Assembly (NCBI GenBank): GCA_963666285.1
Contig: OY762711.1
Length of the DNA stretch: 64,000 bases
Reading direction: 5' to 3' (one strand)
DNA from: Sedimentisphaerales bacterium
Lineage (GTDB): Bacteria; Planctomycetota; Phycisphaerae; Sedimentisphaerales; SM23-30
Made by a program: the position numbers and the translations under genes. Positions 60,650 to 64,000 of the stretch are shown one piece after another; position 1 is the stretch's first letter, and each line of letters begins with the position of its first letter. Under the pieces are notes generated by a model. That model was not told the DNA's origin. It saw only the letters and a list, made by a program, of their open reading frames with translations, and ran no database searches.

Positions 60650-62180
60650 TATTTTGTTGACGGAATTTTAAAATTGAAATGATGTTATCGATTTGTGTCT
60701 GCACTCTATCATTGAATGAACTTGATTTTGTCGGCCAGCCATTTTCCAGTTGCGGTACAATTGATGGATGTAAATGGGTAGCTAAATACATCATATACCT
60801 TTTATCATAACCAATATGACATTTATGGAATTCCTTTTGGTTGGCTTTTATAACGTCAGACGAAAAATCTCGACTCCAAACATGATCGCAGGCATACAAG
60901 AATTTATCCAGAATAGCAAAATTAAGCGAACCGGAATACTGACTTAGATATCTCTGAGCTGCCTCTTCTTTTTCATAATCCTCAAAAAAAGAAATAAGAT
61001 CTGATATATCCACTGCAAATTTACCGGCCAGACTAAAAATATCATCATTTCGTGCATGACAGTTTAAAATTAAAACCTTAGCCCAGTCTTTGTCTTGCTG
61101 CCGCACAGCTGCTATTGAAAAACCCAAGGCAAAAGATGTTGAAAACTCGGAAGACATACAAGTCATAATAAATGATTCTATATCGCTTTCATACTGGCTC
61201 CAGAAACTCAACGGAGTCATACCGATAATATTTGCCATCGCCACAGCCTTTTGCCCCATCTTGCCGGCTTTTACAGGGTCAGCGCCATCACGAAGCAATT
61301 CCTTATCTTTTATATCCGGTAGCGTTACTTCTATTTCGGCTTTTTTCTTTTTCAGTAAGCCTTTTTGGACTGGCTGGTATTTTATTAGCTCTTTTACTCT
61401 GGCTGACATTCTTTGACACAATTTTGCCCCGGATATCCTCGCCAGTAAATCTGCTGCAGCTGTTCGCACTGGTTTTCTTTTATCATCCAGAGATTGCTCC
61501 AGGAAATCTTCATCATCAAGAGATATACCCGCCTTCATACATTCCAGAAATGCTGCACGGTCATCTGGTGTTTCCTCAGGCCAGGTCTGCTCTAACAGAC
61601 CACGGGCTTTAGCAGGACTTATCACTCGCAGATGTTTCAGCAAAGCAAGTCTTTCTTCCCTGCTGCCGGTTAGCCACTGTTCTTCGCTCAATTCCTTGAT
61701 AACAAAAACATCTTTCCATCTGGCGTTATGCAGAGATAACCATTGTCCTCTTTTTCCGATTACTCTCTGTATAACATATCGTTGCTTTTCCGGCAGCTTC
61801 ATAGCAGATTCAAATATATCAGGAAGATATTCAGGAGGTACAACAATGTCATTTGAACTTGCAATCAAGCACCATTCTGTAAGCATCTCATTGAAATTAT
61901 TATTCAAAATCTCCCGCAGATTGTCCGCGGCATTCTGCGAGCAGATATTTTCTGGCTCACTAAAAATATTTAAACTCACATCTGAACATTTTCCAGCTGT
62001 CGCACCAGATTTATTAATAACTGAAAGAGCTGCAATTTTATTCATAAACTCCAGCCGGACATTATCGTCTGCATATTCACCATTGCGGTCCAACCCTAAA
62101 ACAGAAGTACTGACTAAATTGTTCCACTGCTGAATTGTATTACTACTCAATTTCACTTTATCCGACACCTCGCAAACCAA
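60624..62180 (-). CDS. DUF5691-like helical protein
   Basis: GKRGQWL, DEDFLEQSLDDKRKPVR; typical position in this operon type. Confidence 0.7.
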   Translation of the reverse strand: MVCEVSDKVKLSSNTIQQWNNLVSTSVLGLDRNGEYADDNVRLEFMNKIAALSVINKSGATAGKCSDVSLNIFSEPENICSQNAADNLREILNNNFNEMLTEWCLIASSNDIVVPPEYLPDIFESAMKLPEKQRYVIQRVIGKRGQWLSLHNARWKDVFVIKELSEEQWLTGSREERLALLKHLRVISPAKARGLLEQTWPEETPDDRAAFLECMKAGISLDDEDFLEQSLDDKRKPVRTAAADLLARISGAKLCQRMSARVKELIKYQPVQKGLLKKKKAEIEVTLPDIKDKELLRDGADPVKAGKMGQKAVAMANIIGMTPLSFWSQYESDIESFIMTCMSSEFSTSFALGFSIAAVRQQDKDWAKVLILNCHARNDDIFSLAGKFAVDISDLISFFEDYEKEEAAQRYLSQYSGSLNFAILDKFLYACDHVWSRDFSSDVIKANQKEFHKCHIGYDKRYMMYLATHLHPSIVPQLENGWPTKSSSFNDRVQTQIDNIISILKFRQQNIEELHSGI

Positions 62181-63531
62181 TAATAGGATTATCTACTGCA
62201 CTGTAATATTTCGAACCATAAAATAAACTTAAAGGAGCAAAATAATTTCCGTCCCACAAACCAAACATACTTATTGAGTCTCCGCCAGAAACAGAGAGTA
62301 TATGCCAGCCTTGCTTAAAGTCCGGTGATATTTTAATGCATTTATTCGCCGAATCGACAAGCTGCCATACATCCTCGTTTCCTGGCAAACTACTTTCAGG
62401 CAATAACCTAACCGGACCCAGCATGGCCGGAACAGATTCAGTCCATGGATTCATCGCTAATTGCCCGGAAAAACTTTCAATTAACATATCAATATTATTA
62501 TCTGACTGTATCGCTTCTACTATAACAGGATTATCTTTACGACTTTTTATCAATGCTCTTAACGGGAAAGAACCCGGGTAAAATACAAGTTCAGCTTCTA
62601 TTTGGGTACCGGTAATTAATGTTTTTTCTAAAACAGCATTTCCTGCGGCAAAATCAAGGATAAGGGCATACCTGTTAGTCTCTTTCCCAAATAGCCATGT
62701 CCGCTGAATTTTAAGATTATCCTGCTGTTCAACCTGTTGAGCCAATACAGCCCAGGTATCGTTTATAGATTCAGCTTCTAAAACCTGTTCCTTTGGAACA
62801 TTCCAGCCAACAAGAGAACGAATATCAGCCTGCAGATCTTCATCGAAAATTTCAATATTCCTATATGCCTTTATCAGCATATACAATTTCCCTATCTCGG
62901 CAGTCAAAGTGTCCTGCCAGCCTGGATCTCCCATGGAAACTTCAGCCATTTTCTTAATACGACCTGATAAACCTGACACCTGGGCATCTACCATACGGGC
63001 AGCCATATCATTCCAATAAGAATATGACTGACTATGAGCCCAGGCCAGACCTTGCCTGAGCATATCACCCAACCAGAGTGATATTTCGTCCAGGCCGGAG
63101 CGGATCTTCTTTTCTCTCTGGGCTATCCGTTTGGCTTGTGCTTCAGGATCCGGCGGCTTACTTGCTTCTTTTGCTTTTTGCTCTTTTATTTCAGTTCGAT
63201 GGTCTCTGCCGTCTAGCCATTCACTTACCCAGCCGGGTGCCGCAGTATCAGCAAATGCCTTCGTCTCATTTGCATACAACAGAAACAATGCCAGTGAATG
63301 CTTACAGGGAAATTTCCTGCTGGGACAACTGCATTTAAAGGCAGGTCCATTAAGATCGATGCGCGTTTGATAAGGTTTTTTCCCGCTGCCCTTGCATTGA
63401 CCCCAGACAGCACGGTCTGAATAACCGAGATCCGACCATTTACTCAAACTGGTAAGACCTTTTGCAGCTTTGACCGAAGCACTATCCGGCGATAACTCAA
63501 GAACCTTATCCGTTGTCCAAAAATTACCCAA
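62158..63531 (-). CDS. SWIM zinc-finger protein (YehQ-like)
   Basis: WGQCKGSG..PY, CSCPSRKFPCKH. Confidence 0.88.
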   Translation of the reverse strand: MGNFWTTDKVLELSPDSASVKAAKGLTSLSKWSDLGYSDRAVWGQCKGSGKKPYQTRIDLNGPAFKCSCPSRKFPCKHSLALFLLYANETKAFADTAAPGWVSEWLDGRDHRTEIKEQKAKEASKPPDPEAQAKRIAQREKKIRSGLDEISLWLGDMLRQGLAWAHSQSYSYWNDMAARMVDAQVSGLSGRIKKMAEVSMGDPGWQDTLTAEIGKLYMLIKAYRNIEIFDEDLQADIRSLVGWNVPKEQVLEAESINDTWAVLAQQVEQQDNLKIQRTWLFGKETNRYALILDFAAGNAVLEKTLITGTQIEAELVFYPGSFPLRALIKSRKDNPVIVEAIQSDNNIDMLIESFSGQLAMNPWTESVPAMLGPVRLLPESSLPGNEDVWQLVDSANKCIKISPDFKQGWHILSVSGGDSISMFGLWDGNYFAPLSLFYGSKYYSAVDNPIIGLRGVG

Positions 63532-63894
63532 ACTATCTCCTTTTTAATTTGGCTTATTTCTGGGATACATAAACCCGTTAAATCCAACAGAAATCATTAT
63601 AGAATTATTCGCCCGCTTATCAATTACAAAATGCTTATTGATACATATATGTAAATCAAATATATAATTCGTGGCATTATATTGTTCTTTAGATAAAAAC
63701 TAATATTACTGATGTAAGAAAACCACAATAAAGTAAACAATCACTGTGTCAGATCTGTGCCAGTTGCCACTGCTGATTAATGTTATCGAGTTGTTAGGGA
63801 AGTTGCATTTCACTTGAAACTAAGTTTTTTGACACCAAAACCAGGCCTTTACCCCTTATAAAATAGTAGCTTACAAACAAAAAACGCAACTTCC

Positions 63895-64000
63895 GAGGAG
63901 GTGACACTGGTTCAAGTCCTGCATAAGCTCATTTGATATAACACTCTGTAATTTTGACAGTTACAGAGCTTTTTCTTTTTATATCCCCCCTGTTTTTTAT
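63895..64000 (+). repeat. Degenerate tRNA-Val att + arm repeat, copy 3 (runs off window end)
   Basis: GGTTCAAGTCCTG...CATTTGATA...CTCTGTAAT...GTTACAGAGCTTTTTC...CCCCCTGTTTTT. Confidence 0.85.

Overview
Probably a Planctomycetota (Phycisphaerae/Sedimentisphaerales-like) accessory region, judged from the DUF1559, DUF1580, PEP-CTERM and dockerin-like genes. It reads as a tandem island array anchored at tRNA-Val(TAC): the tRNA 3' half plus a conserved downstream arm recurs at about 27.0, 42.2 and 63.9 kb, and the 3' tail of one dead tyrosine-integrase gene recurs at about 28.0, 30.3, 44.2 and 46.4 kb. Modules from left to right: (1) an N-ATPase operon with phosphoketolase, acetate kinase, glucan phosphorylase, transaldolase, P-type ATPase and stress genes; (2) a phage-satellite-like core (two integrases, primase-DUF3987 with an iteron-like array, DUF1580, terminase-small-like gene) plus an AbiE-type pair with a duplicated operator; (3) defence-like cargo; (4) a DtxR/HemP-headed Hmu-like heme locus with a CobN-type chelatase; (5) a proteasome/Ntn-like two-gene unit and a GC-rich esterase; (6) an NrtR-boxed NAD/ADP-ribose operon that contains a short major-vault-protein-like gene; (7) a yehLMPQ-like SWIM/AAA/vWA operon. 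The best candidate for an under-described system is the mini-vault ADP-ribose/NAD operon. All family calls come from motif recognition by eye; no database searches were run.
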